64,000 bases of DNA from an uncultured Acidobacteriota bacterium (GTDB lineage Bacteria > Acidobacteriota > JAAYUB01): assembly GCA_964436005.1 (NCBI GenBank), contig CAYTBK010000005.1, forward strand, positions 3,041-67,040, read 5' to 3'. The notes below the pieces were generated by a model, which had not been told where the DNA came from, made no database searches, and saw nothing but the letters and a program-made list of their open reading frames with translations. Within the stretch, counting starts at the first letter, position 1; the number at the start of each line of letters is the position of its first letter. The position numbers and the translations under genes are program-made. Below are positions 49,361 to 60,396 of the stretch, in pieces.

Positions 49361-49993
49361 CTATTCCGACTCCAGCGCGATGCCGTCCAGGAAGACCACC
49401 GCGTCGACGGCCCTGCTGTCGACGCCCTTCTCCAGGCTGAACAGCCCGGTGAGGCCGGTGCTGCCGTCCGTGGCGAATTCGGCGGTGAGGAACTGCCACT
49501 CGCCTTTCCGGGCCAGGTCGTACTTGGCGGAGAAGTGGTTCTGCACGAAGGCGCCCCGGCGGTCGACCTGGCACTTGAAGAAGGGCGGCAGGTCGGGGGC
49601 GCTCCATTCCTGGACGTTCACCCAGCCGGACAGGCGGTAGCGGGTCCCCGGCTGCAGGTCGAAGACGGGGCCGGTGAGGAAGTTCCAGGCCTTCACCGGG
49701 CTGGCCCCCTCCGCCTGGAGGGCGGCGGCGCCGTCGTGCCGGGTGGCGGTGGACACGGAGAGGCGGACCGAGGCGGCGGCGGGCTTCCAGTCCGCCAGGC
49801 CCTTTTCGAAATCCCAGCCCAGCACGGGCCGGAAGCCCCGGGCGGGCGAGGCGGCGCCGCTGACGGCCGCGTTTTCGTCGGTGTCGAGGTCGTCGATGGT
49901 CTCGAAAGTCGTCTCCTTCTGGCAGCCGGACAGCAGCACGGCCACGATGGCCGCCAGCAGCAGGCGAAGGCCGTGCGACAAGGTCTTTCCCAC
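49361..49993 (-). CDS. hypothetical lipoprotein
   Basis: GTG start with SD gaggagg; lipobox LLSGC. Confidence 0.55.
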   Translation of the reverse strand: MGKTLSHGLRLLLAAIVAVLLSGCQKETTFETIDDLDTDENAAVSGAASPARGFRPVLGWDFEKGLADWKPAAASVRLSVSTATRHDGAAALQAEGASPVKAWNFLTGPVFDLQPGTRYRLSGWVNVQEWSAPDLPPFFKCQVDRRGAFVQNHFSAKYDLARKGEWQFLTAEFATDGSTGLTGLFSLEKGVDSRAVDAVVFLDGIALESE

Positions 49994-50098
49994 GGTGGCA
50001 CCTCCTCGGAAAAAGGGAATTATAGGGGAAGGGGGGCCTGATTCAACAGGAAAAGCGGCGGGCAGCGCTTGCCCGTCCGGCGAAAGCCCGGAAGGGGC

Positions 50099-50956
50099 CT
50101 ATGGTTTGACCGCGTATATGAAAAGGAGGTCATGGCCGAAATAGGCGTGCCTGCGGGAGTGTACGTTCACGAGGGCTGTTTTTGAGAAACCGAGTTCCGC
50201 CAAGGTCTTGAGAATGTCCCAACCGAAACGGGTGTAGCAAAGGCAGCCATGGCTTTTCCGGAAGGGGTCGCCGTGGTATTCGGGCGGCGACAGGAATGTC
50301 AACGTCCCGTCCGTTTCTCTTCTGGCCAAAGGAAACGACTGATCCAGTTCGTGGCAAAACGGCACGCTCAGCAGCAGGCGCCCGCCGTGGTTCAGGCAGC
50401 GGTAACACTCCCGCAGGGCGAGGCGGAAGTCCGGCACGTGTTCCAGCACGTCGAAGGCCATCAGCCAGGCGAAGCGGTCGCCTTCAAACGACAGGTTCTG
50501 CAGGTCTTCATGCCGGATTCGGCGAAACTTCAACCGGGAAAGCCGTTTCCAGCGCTTCTGGCCCGGCCGGCACCGGTCGCCCAGATATTCGCTGCCGGTC
50601 AGCCCTCCCCGCGCCCGGCGGGCGATCGCTTCGTATAATGGTGTCTGTGATTCGCCCAGGTACAAGGGACCGGCGATATGTCCTCCGGAGAGAAAGTCCA
50701 GCAGGTGGATCGAGGCCCGGGCCCGGTTGTTCAACCGGCACCCTGGGCAGGTCAACTGCTCCCGCCAGCTGACGTGACCGCGGGTTACCCTTTCGGTCGG
50801 ATGGCAACAGAACGTTTTTTCGCTGTTGCAGACATGGCAAAATCCCGTGACGGTCGACTGCTTGAAGGCCGGGACGGGGTCCGGGAAAGCAGAGGCCTGC
50901 ACGAATTTTTCGTATTCCTCACGAGAATGTAAAAATGTAATCTCTGGAGAAGGCAT
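50099..50956 (-). CDS. SAM-dependent methyltransferase with N-terminal Cys4 zinc ribbon
   Basis: CHVC...CPGC; FDVLEHVPD methyltransferase motif. Confidence 0.7.
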   Translation of the reverse strand: MPSPEITFLHSREEYEKFVQASAFPDPVPAFKQSTVTGFCHVCNSEKTFCCHPTERVTRGHVSWREQLTCPGCRLNNRARASIHLLDFLSGGHIAGPLYLGESQTPLYEAIARRARGGLTGSEYLGDRCRPGQKRWKRLSRLKFRRIRHEDLQNLSFEGDRFAWLMAFDVLEHVPDFRLALRECYRCLNHGGRLLLSVPFCHELDQSFPLARRETDGTLTFLSPPEYHGDPFRKSHGCLCYTRFGWDILKTLAELGFSKTALVNVHSRRHAYFGHDLLFIYAVKP

Positions 50957-51114
50957 GCCCAAGGAAATATTCCCGAACGGCGGCCATGTCAAGGGAAACC
51001 GGCAGGCGCCCACCCTCTCGGCGAACGGGTTACGAGGCCTGCTCCGGAGGAGTCCCGGATTCCCGATGTATGGTCTTCCGCCGTCTGTATGGCCGAAGAT
51101 CGCCGGTAGACAAT

Positions 51115-51924
51115 CTAGAATTTCGACGTTTCGAAAAGCCCCTTGAAGTTGGTGAAATCGATGTAGACCTGGCCGCCCGAGGCCTCCGTCAGGGCGGTGA
51201 GGGCGGTGTAGGCGAAGCTGTCCATGAGAGCGTCCTGCTCGTTGAGGGTGTGGGCGACGTACCGCATGTCGCCGGGGAAGAAGGAGGACGTCTGCCAGTC
51301 GTCGTTCCGGAACAGGTCCCCGCCGGCCACCTTCCAGAGCTGGACGGCGGTCAGGGTGACCTTCTCGTTCTGGAAGAACCGGATCAGCTCGCCCAGCGGC
51401 CTGTACTTGTCGATGGAGAAGACCTGGGCCCCCAGGACCAGGGGCCTCTGCAGGGTGGCGATGCGGTCGGGCCGGATGTTGGCGCGCAGCCACTCCTTGG
51501 CGGCTTCGGGGTTCATGCACTCCACCATCACCCGGTCCCGGCCGGTGGTGAACAGCACCACGTTCGCGTTCCGCAGGTTCCAGTTGACCAGGATGGCCAG
51601 CAGGTCCTTGACGGGCGTGGTGTTGCCGGAAGGGTTGGTGAAGCGGTAGCCCTTGGGCGGCCAGTGGAGCTCCGCCGCCCGCCCGTCCATGAGTTCGTAG
51701 ACGTTGCTGAGTTCGAACCCGTAGACGCTGACCCGGTCACCCGGGGGCAGTCGCCGCAGGTAGGCTTCGAAAGCCTTGTGGAAGCCCAGCGTGTCCGCCA
51801 GGGGGGCCATGTCCCGCTGGATGATGAAGACGTGGCGCGCCCCGCCGGCCGGGGGCGCCTCCGCGGCGCAGAGGCCGGACGTCACGGCGAGGGCGAGGCA
51901 AAGGGCGCACCAGGTTTTTTTCAT
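51115..51924 (-). CDS. hypothetical secreted protein (possibly vWA-like)
   Basis: SD aggaga; signal peptide MKKTWCALCLALAVTSGLCAA. Confidence 0.5.
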   Translation of the reverse strand: MKKTWCALCLALAVTSGLCAAEAPPAGGARHVFIIQRDMAPLADTLGFHKAFEAYLRRLPPGDRVSVYGFELSNVYELMDGRAAELHWPPKGYRFTNPSGNTTPVKDLLAILVNWNLRNANVVLFTTGRDRVMVECMNPEAAKEWLRANIRPDRIATLQRPLVLGAQVFSIDKYRPLGELIRFFQNEKVTLTAVQLWKVAGGDLFRNDDWQTSSFFPGDMRYVAHTLNEQDALMDSFAYTALTALTEASGGQVYIDFTNFKGLFETSKF

Positions 51925-52039
51925 GGGAGGATCTCCTGTTGAACAGTATTCGGTACCGTGTACGTTGGAAACGGACAAACCATTCGAGGCAGTGCGCCGA
52001 AAAACGGTTCAACGGTCACGGCGGTAGAGCCGGCGCGGC

Positions 52040-52528
52040 TCACGCCGGCAGGACGGCGCCGAGCACGGCGCGCACGTAGGCGTACATGCCGGGCGCCCCG
52101 GACTCGCGCGGGCCGGCCACGTTGAGCACGGCCGGTCGGACGGCGCGCAGCCAATCCCGAACCCGGGCCGTCGCTTCCGCCACGGTCAGCGCGTCCCGGT
52201 CGACGACCAGGAAAGGCCGGGCGTGCTGCCGCAGCAGGTCCAGGGTGAGGGAGGTTCCGCCCGACGGGGGCCCCGCCGTGAACACCAGCGTGGCGTCGGC
52301 GTCCCGGACGTTCCGTTCCGTCCGGTCCCGGTAGTCTGGGGAGTCCAGTTCCTCCAGGAAGGCATAGCGTGCGGGAATCGGCCCGTCCTCGGCCAGGCGC
52401 CCCCGGGGCACGGCGCCGCCGCAGGGCACGCCGGCCGCCAGGGCGGCGTCCAGGGCGGCCCGGTCGGCCCCGGTCTGGCCCCCGGAAATCACTTTCGCCA
52501 CCGGGGCGGTGTCCTGGTTTTCCCTCAT
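52040..52528 (-). CDS. SLOG-superfamily 'putative molybdenum carrier'/YpsA-like protein
   Basis: ISGGQTGADRAALDAALAAGVPCGG motif; SD aggagtg. Confidence 0.6.
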   Translation of the reverse strand: MRENQDTAPVAKVISGGQTGADRAALDAALAAGVPCGGAVPRGRLAEDGPIPARYAFLEELDSPDYRDRTERNVRDADATLVFTAGPPSGGTSLTLDLLRQHARPFLVVDRDALTVAEATARVRDWLRAVRPAVLNVAGPRESGAPGMYAYVRAVLGAVLPA

Positions 52529-52686
52529 GGCCGTTCACTCCTGTGGTTCGGGCGTCCGCCGGCCCGGGGCGGCGCCCGGCCGGCAAATTCCCGGTGCCAT
52601 TTCCGGGCGGCTGGCGTACAATACCACGTTCGTCTCCGGAAAGGATTCAATTTGTTGTAAATACAATATTACGAGGAGAGTGCAAG

Positions 52687-54402
52687 ATGGGGAAGAGGAT
52701 CCGGACTGTCGCCCTGGTCGCCTGCGCGGCGCTGCTGGCCGTCGGCCTGACGGGTGCGGCATCGGCCCAACAAAAGGGAGGACGCGACATGGAAAAAGAA
52801 GCCCAGGCGTTTCTGCAGCGGTTCACCGAGCAGATGGCCCCGCTGGAAAAAGAGGCGGCCATCGCCAACTACGACGCCACCATCAGCGGGAAGACGGAGG
52901 ACTTCGCCAAGGCTTCCGAGCTGGAGATCAAGATGAACGCCCTGCTGGCCGACAAGGAGACGTTCCGGCGGGTGAAGGAGCTGCGCGAGTCCAAGGCCGT
53001 CAAGGACCCGCTGACGGCCCGCCAGCTGGAAGTGGTCTACCTGTCCTGCCTGGGCAAGCAGCTCGACCTGGCCGACCTGGAGGCGCTGGTCCGCAAGCAG
53101 AAGGCCATCGAGGAGAAGTACTACACCTTCCGCGTCGCGGCCCGCGGCAAGACGCTGACGGACAACGACGTGGAGGCCGTCCTGCGCGGGTCCACCGACT
53201 CGGCCGAGCTGCGCGAGGTCTGGGAAGGGTCCAAGCAGATCGGTCCGGTGGTGGCCCGGGAAATCCGCGAGCTGGCCAGGCTGCGCAATGAAACGGCCCG
53301 CAAGCTGGGCTTCGCCGACTTCCACGCCATGCAGCTGACCCTGTCCGAGCAGGACCCCGCCGCCATCGGGAAGCTCTTCGACGAACTGGACGCCCTCACC
53401 CGCGACGCGTTCGCCGCCCTGAAGAAGGACATGGACGCCGTCCTGGCCAAGCGCCTGGGGATCGAGGCCAAGGACCTCCGGCCCTGGCACTACCAGGACC
53501 GCTTCTTCCAGGAGGCGCCGCGGATCTACCCCGTGGATTTGGACAAGTTCTACCAGGGCAAGGACGTGGTGGACCTCAACCGCCGCTATTTCGCCGGGAT
53601 CGGGCTGCCGGTGGAAGACATCCTCGCCCGCAGCGACCTCTACGAGAAGCCGGGCAAGTACCAGCACGCCTACTGCACGGACATCGACCGCTCCGGCGAC
53701 GTGCGCATCCTCTGCAACGTCAAGAACGACTACAACTGGACGGGCACGCTCCTGCACGAGCTCGGCCACGCCGTCTACGACAAGTACATGGACCGGCAGA
53801 TGCCCTGGCTCCTGCGCACGCCGGCCCACACCTTCACCACCGAGGCGGTGGCCATGTTCTTCGGCCGGATGGCCGCGTACCCGGGCTGGCTGCAGGCCAT
53901 GGCCGGGGTGCCGGCAGAGGACGCCCGCAAGGTCGCCGGCGACTGCGCCAGGGCCCTGCGCCTGCAGATGCTGGTGTTCAGCCGGTGGGCCCAGGTGATG
54001 TACCGCTTCGAGAAGGCCCTCTACGAAAACCCGGACCAGGACCTGGACGCGCTGTGGTGGCGGCTGGTCGAGAAATACCAGATGGTCAAAAAGCCCGAGG
54101 GGCGCCAGGCGCCCGACTGGGCGGCCAAGATCCACGTGGCTACGGTGCCCGCCTACTACCACAACTACCTGCTCGGCGAACTGCTGGCCTCCCAGTTCCT
54201 GGCCTGCGTGACCGGGAAGCTGGCCCCCGCCGGCGCCGCGGCGGACCCGTCCTTCGCCGGCCGCCCCGAACTGGGCGCCTTCTTCCGCGAGGCGGTTTTC
54301 GGGCCGGGCGCGCGGTACCCCTGGAACGACATGATCAGGAAAGCCACCGGCGAACCCCTGACGGCGAAGTATTTCGCCCGCCAGTTCGTCGGCGCGAAGT
54401 AG
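52687..54402 (+). CDS. M2-family peptidyl-dipeptidase (ACE-like), secreted
   Basis: Signal peptide; HELGHAVY zinc motif with downstream EA ligand. Confidence 0.8.
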   Translation: MGKRIRTVALVACAALLAVGLTGAASAQQKGGRDMEKEAQAFLQRFTEQMAPLEKEAAIANYDATISGKTEDFAKASELEIKMNALLADKETFRRVKELRESKAVKDPLTARQLEVVYLSCLGKQLDLADLEALVRKQKAIEEKYYTFRVAARGKTLTDNDVEAVLRGSTDSAELREVWEGSKQIGPVVAREIRELARLRNETARKLGFADFHAMQLTLSEQDPAAIGKLFDELDALTRDAFAALKKDMDAVLAKRLGIEAKDLRPWHYQDRFFQEAPRIYPVDLDKFYQGKDVVDLNRRYFAGIGLPVEDILARSDLYEKPGKYQHAYCTDIDRSGDVRILCNVKNDYNWTGTLLHELGHAVYDKYMDRQMPWLLRTPAHTFTTEAVAMFFGRMAAYPGWLQAMAGVPAEDARKVAGDCARALRLQMLVFSRWAQVMYRFEKALYENPDQDLDALWWRLVEKYQMVKKPEGRQAPDWAAKIHVATVPAYYHNYLLGELLASQFLACVTGKLAPAGAAADPSFAGRPELGAFFREAVFGPGARYPWNDMIRKATGEPLTAKYFARQFVGAK

Positions 54403-54415
54403 CCGGGAGGATGCG

Positions 54416-56122
54416 ATGAAAGCGAGGCGGACGCTGGCCGGGTGGTTGGTGGGCGTTTTCGCGGGGCTCTGCCTCGGGTTTGTTCCCGTGCGGGGGGAGG
54501 GGGCCGCTTCGGTCCTCCCCTCCCCGGCCACCCGGGCCGAGGCCACGGACTACCGGGAGACTTCGAGCCACGCCGACGTGCTGGCCTTCGTCCGCGCCCT
54601 GCAGGAAAAGAGCCCCTGCCTGCGGGTGGAAACCCTGCTGGTCACCCCCGAGGGAAGGGAGGTGCCCCTGGTGGTGGCGGCCGACCCGCTGCCCGTGTCC
54701 GCCGCCCTCGCCCACCGCGACGGGCGACCGGTCGTCTACCTCCAGGCCAACATTCACGCCGGGGAAGTGGAGGGGAAAGAGGCGCTGCTGATGTTCCTCC
54801 GCGACCTGGTGGCGGGGAAGCGCCGGGAGTGGCTCCGCTCGGCCGTCTTCCTCGTGGTGCCCATCTTCAACGCCGACGGCAACGACCGCATGTCGCCCGA
54901 CAACCGGTCCTACATGCCCAACCCGGAGAAGGGGGTGGGCGTCCGCCAGAACACGCAGAACCTGGACCTCAACCGCGACTACGTCAAGACGGAAACGCGG
55001 GAAGTCCGGGCCGTGCTGGAAAAGGTCCTCCTGACCTGGGACCCCCTGGTGTACGTCGACCTCCACACCACCGACGGCTCCTACCACCGGGAGACGGTGA
55101 CCTGGACCTCGCCGCAGGGGCCGAACGTCGACCCCGCCGTGAGCGGCTTCGTCTGGGACCGCCTGTTCCCGTCCCTGGACGGGACGTTGCGGGCCCAAGG
55201 CATCCACCCGCTGCCGTACGGCGACTTCGTGGACGACACCCAGCCGGAGAAAGGCTGGGCCACCTTCCCGGCCTACCCCCGCATCGGCGTCGACTACGTG
55301 GGCATGCGCAACCGGTTTTCCATCCTTTTGGAAATGTATGCCTACGCCCCATTCCCCGTGCGCGTGGCCCACAACCTGGCCTTCCTGGACGCCCTGGCCG
55401 ACTATGTGCGGAAGCATGCCGGGGAAATGGCGGAGCTGGCCCGCGCCGCCGACCGCCGGGCCGCGGCCATGGCGGCGCTGCCGCCGGCGGAACGGCCGTC
55501 CGTGGCCCTGGACTACGAGCGTTCGCCGGAACCCGCCCCCACCGTGACCATCGAGACCTTCGAGGTGGAGAAGGTGGCCGACCCCGTCGTATACCCCCGC
55601 TTCCGGCCGCGGCTGGACCGCCCGAAAACCGTCACGGTCCCCAACTACCGGAAATACCAGGCCAAGGTCTCCCGACGCCTGCCGGCCGCCTACCTCATCG
55701 CGCCTGGCTGCGAAGCGGCGGTGGCCCAACTGCTGCGGCACGGCCTCCGCGTCGACCGGCTGACCGGGCCGGCCGCCCTGGAGGCGGAGATCTTCGTTCC
55801 GGCCGCGCTGGAAGCCGAGACGCGCCCTTCCGAGGGGCACCAGCGGATCCGCCTGCAGGGCGAGTGGAAAAAGCAGCCGGTTTCCGCCGGGGCGGGGTGG
55901 TACGTCATTCCCATGACGCAACCCATGGCTTTCCTCGTCGCCGTCATGCTGGAACCCGAACACCCCGACAGCCTGGTCTCCTGGAATTTCTTCGATTCTT
56001 TCCTGACCCAGCAGTGGAGCGGCAAACTCCTCTCCCCGCCCGTCTACCGGCTGGAGGAGTGCCCGCCGCTGGCGACCCGGTCCCTGCTGCCGGTCGAGGC
56101 CGCCCGGTTGACGGTATTCTGA
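54416..56122 (+). CDS. M14-family zinc carboxypeptidase, secreted
   Basis: HAGEVEG, NRDY, DLHT motifs; SD gggagg. Confidence 0.8.
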   Translation: MKARRTLAGWLVGVFAGLCLGFVPVRGEGAASVLPSPATRAEATDYRETSSHADVLAFVRALQEKSPCLRVETLLVTPEGREVPLVVAADPLPVSAALAHRDGRPVVYLQANIHAGEVEGKEALLMFLRDLVAGKRREWLRSAVFLVVPIFNADGNDRMSPDNRSYMPNPEKGVGVRQNTQNLDLNRDYVKTETREVRAVLEKVLLTWDPLVYVDLHTTDGSYHRETVTWTSPQGPNVDPAVSGFVWDRLFPSLDGTLRAQGIHPLPYGDFVDDTQPEKGWATFPAYPRIGVDYVGMRNRFSILLEMYAYAPFPVRVAHNLAFLDALADYVRKHAGEMAELARAADRRAAAMAALPPAERPSVALDYERSPEPAPTVTIETFEVEKVADPVVYPRFRPRLDRPKTVTVPNYRKYQAKVSRRLPAAYLIAPGCEAAVAQLLRHGLRVDRLTGPAALEAEIFVPAALEAETRPSEGHQRIRLQGEWKKQPVSAGAGWYVIPMTQPMAFLVAVMLEPEHPDSLVSWNFFDSFLTQQWSGKLLSPPVYRLEECPPLATRSLLPVEAARLTVF

Positions 56123-56441
56123 CGCCGGCCCTTTCCCAGCCATGGTTTCATTGACGAAGGCTTGACACCTCGCCCCCCGGGTACGCGGAAAAATCTGCCG
56201 CCCGGGGGGCACTTTCTTCCCGCCGCCGACCCTCCGGTCCTTTCCCCTGCCGTTGCCGCCCTGCCGGCTTCCGGATGCCCCGCGACGAAGGGGCGTCCCC
56301 CTGTGCCGCAACATCTTGTGGTCTGCCCTGGAGGCCAGCCAAACCGGTAGACGGGCTTTTCCCGGGGCGCTGGCGCTGCCCGCTCCCCGGGCCCGCCCCC
56401 GGCGGGTTCCCGGGCCGATCCCGGGGAGGTGGGGATTTGTT

Positions 56442-56457
56442 TGGCACGTGACGTGCT
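56442..56457 (+). promoter_or_regulatory. candidate sigma54 (-24/-12) promoter of the flagellin gene
   Basis: TGGCACG-tgac-GTGCT vs consensus TGGCACG-N4-TTGCW, ~40 nt upstream of the ATG. Confidence 0.45.
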
Positions 56458-56498
56458 TGGATGGGGGTGTTTGTCGATTTTGCGGATGGGAGGATGCC

Positions 56499-57311
56499 AT
56501 GTCAATGAGTGTACTGAACAATCTGGCCAGTCTGCAGGCCCAGAACGAGCTCACGGTCAATGCCATGGGGATGCAGAAGACCCTGAACCGGCTCTCGACC
56601 GGCAAGCGCCTGAACACGGGCGCCGACGACGCCGCCGGCCTGGCCATCGCCGACGGCTTGCTGGGGCAGATCAACGCCCTGAGCCAGGCCAGCCGGAACG
56701 CCTCCGACGGCGTCGGCTACCTGCAGGTCGCCGACGGCGCCATGAGCCAGATCACCAACCTGCTTCACCGCGCCATCACCCTGGCCGAGCAGGCAGCCAC
56801 GTCCACCAACGCCGATTCCTGCGTGGTCATCGACTCGGAGTACCAGCAGATCAAGTCGGAGATCGACCGGATCTACACCAACACCAACTACAACGGCACC
56901 GACATCTTCGCCACCACCCTGTCGGTCTTCGTCGGCGACACCACCAGCACGAGCGTCATCGTGGCCTCCACCACCTCCTGGTCGCTCAGCTCGACGAGCC
57001 TGAACCTGGGGAACCTGACTTCCACTGGCTTCGCCACCAACGAGCTGGCCGTTCTCCGCGACGCCCTGGACTCGGTGGCCGGCTACCGCGGCGAAGCGGG
57101 CGCCGTCATCAACCGACTGCGCAGCGCCCAGAACGTCATTTTGACCCAGGTGCAGAACCTCACCACGGCCCAGTCGCAGATCCGCGACGCCAACATGGCC
57201 GAGGAGGTCTCCAACCTGACCAAGTTCCAGATCCTGGCGCAGTCCGGCATGGCCGCCCTGGCCCAGGCCAACTCCAACGCCCAGAACGTGCTGCAGCTCC
57301 TGCGGGGCTGA
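56499..57311 (+). CDS. fliC: flagellin (short, D0/D1-only, 270 aa)
   Basis: SD gggagg; N-terminal LSTGKRLNTGADDAAGLAIAD and C-terminal AQANSNAQNVLQLLRG flagellin signatures. Confidence 0.85.
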   Translation: MSMSVLNNLASLQAQNELTVNAMGMQKTLNRLSTGKRLNTGADDAAGLAIADGLLGQINALSQASRNASDGVGYLQVADGAMSQITNLLHRAITLAEQAATSTNADSCVVIDSEYQQIKSEIDRIYTNTNYNGTDIFATTLSVFVGDTTSTSVIVASTTSWSLSSTSLNLGNLTSTGFATNELAVLRDALDSVAGYRGEAGAVINRLRSAQNVILTQVQNLTTAQSQIRDANMAEEVSNLTKFQILAQSGMAALAQANSNAQNVLQLLRG

Positions 57312-57396
57312 GGCCGCCAGGCGGCTTGAATTTCAACCTGCTTCGGCAGGGTTCTTTTTCCGAACGATTCACGTTTGTCACCCTCCCACCGCAAAA

Positions 57397-57437
57397 GCCG
57401 GGCCCGCCTCTTCCAGGCGCGCCCGGCCGTTTTTTTC
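57397..57437 (+). terminator. intrinsic terminator after the flagellin gene
   Basis: GC-rich stem gccgggc...gcccggc followed by TTTTTTT. Confidence 0.6.
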
Positions 57438-57624
57438 GGCGCCCCTTCCGGGTTCGGGCCCGTCTTCCCGGCGCCCTTTCCGGGACGCGGGATCTCGGCC
57501 TTCCCGGCGCCGCATGCGCGAGCATTCCCGTCCTGGGGTGACGCCGCAACCGCCGCATCGCCGACGCTGGCGGCGTGCGTAGCGCACTGCCGATTCTCAT
57601 CAGGCAAATCATCCGTAGCCGTCC

Positions 57625-57842
57625 GTTTGCCCGGAGGGCATCCATATCCATAGCCGCCGGTTCTGTTCCCTGAGCCCCTTGCCCGGAGGGCATGAATATC
57701 CGTCGAAGTTGCGGCCGTTCAGGCCGGAATTGACAGGGATCCTTCTCGGAAAAGCGCAGTTCGCCCAGTGATATTGATTCCCTACGGGAAACCCCGAGGC
57801 GGATGTTTCGCCTGGCTATGGTCATGGATTCCCTACGGGAAA
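57625..57842. repeat. composite dispersed repeat, copy B (inverted relative to copy A)
   Basis: 2x ttgcccggagggcat units and 2x gattccctacgggaaa units as internal ~50-bp tandem repeats. Confidence 0.6.
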
Positions 57843-58127
57843 ACGACTCTCCCATCGACGGTCGTCTATTTTTTCGGGGCGGCCGGGGCCGTCGGCGGCC
57901 GCTTCCCGCGGGCCCCCGATCTGCTCGGAATCGGCGAAAATCCCTTCCCGGCCGGAACGGCCGGCCGAGAGTAGCCGGGCGGCGCCCGGCCCGCGGGGCG
58001 GGCCTCGCCGGGAAAGGCGTGCCACCTCGGTTGTGGCGCCCGGGAGGGGCGCCGGGATCATGTTCTTCGGAAATTTTCCTTTCCAAACGTTATGAGAGTA
58101 ACACTCGTTTGCCAAGGAGGATTTCCC

Positions 58128-58574
58128 ATGCCGTCCACGCTCGTCAGCCTGCATGTCCATCTCGTTTTCAGCACCAAGGATCGTCGCCCATCGATTCAGC
58201 CTTTCTGGAGAGAACGGTTGCACGCCTCTCTCGGCGGGGTGGTCCGCCGGTTGAAAGCGGTCCCGGAAGCCGTCGGCGGGGTGGAAGACCACGTTCATGT
58301 CCTGGCCAGCCTGCGCGCTGTCCATCAATTGTCGGATTGTGTTCGCGACCTGAAGCAGGCGTCTTCTCGTTGGGTGCACGAAAGCCTGCGACTCGACAAT
58401 TTTGCCTGGCAGGAAGGGTATGGCGCCTTTTCGGTCGGCGCAGGCCACTGCAACGCCCTGAAGGATTACATCGACGAACAACAACAGCACCATCATTCCA
58501 ATACATTCCAATCGGAATACATTCGGTTGCTGCAGCAGGAAGGCGTGACGTATGACGAGAGGTACCTGTGGTAG
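58128..58574 (+). CDS. tnpA: IS200/IS605-family Y1 (HUH) transposase, RAYT-like (no tnpB partner)
   Basis: SD aaggagg; LHVHLVFSTKDRRP and HUH motif EDHVHVLAS; catalytic Tyr region WQEGYGAF; stop codon overlaps a GTAG followed by a GC hairpin. Confidence 0.8.
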   Translation: MPSTLVSLHVHLVFSTKDRRPSIQPFWRERLHASLGGVVRRLKAVPEAVGGVEDHVHVLASLRAVHQLSDCVRDLKQASSRWVHESLRLDNFAWQEGYGAFSVGAGHCNALKDYIDEQQQHHHSNTFQSEYIRLLQQEGVTYDERYLW

Positions 58575-58785
58575 TTTTCCCGGCGCCCCTTCCGGGCGCT
58601 TTTCCGTTATTCTCTCCGCTTCACCGGCGGGGGTCCCGCCTTCGGCGGGCCGCCCGCCGGCTATTGTCCCGCCGGCCCGCCGGGCCGGAAGGCGAACCTA
58701 CGCGGCTCCGGCGCCCGGATTTTCTTCCCCTCGTTTGCACGGCGGAGTATAATAAACGATTATTTTGTCGGCGAGGGGGCAGGCC

Positions 58786-60392
<1,607 letters not shown>

Positions 60393-60396
<4 letters not shown>

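Noticed and set aside
50957-51520. N-terminal 188-aa extension of the methyltransferase ORF (473-aa version)
   Set aside because: The extension overlaps the 3' end of the convergently called 51115-51924 gene on the same strand and frame context, and is low-complexity. The ATG at 50956 precedes the zinc-ribbon/methyltransferase region.
56300-56498. Sigma28 promoter for the flagellin gene
   Set aside because: Only a partial GCCGATcc without a TAAA -35 at the right spacing; the sigma54-like TGGCACG-N4-GTGC match is better.
52669-56674. Minus-strand ORFs 52669-54546 and 54335-56674
   Set aside because: Antisense to the M2 and M14 peptidase genes, which have clear zinc-binding motifs on the + strand.
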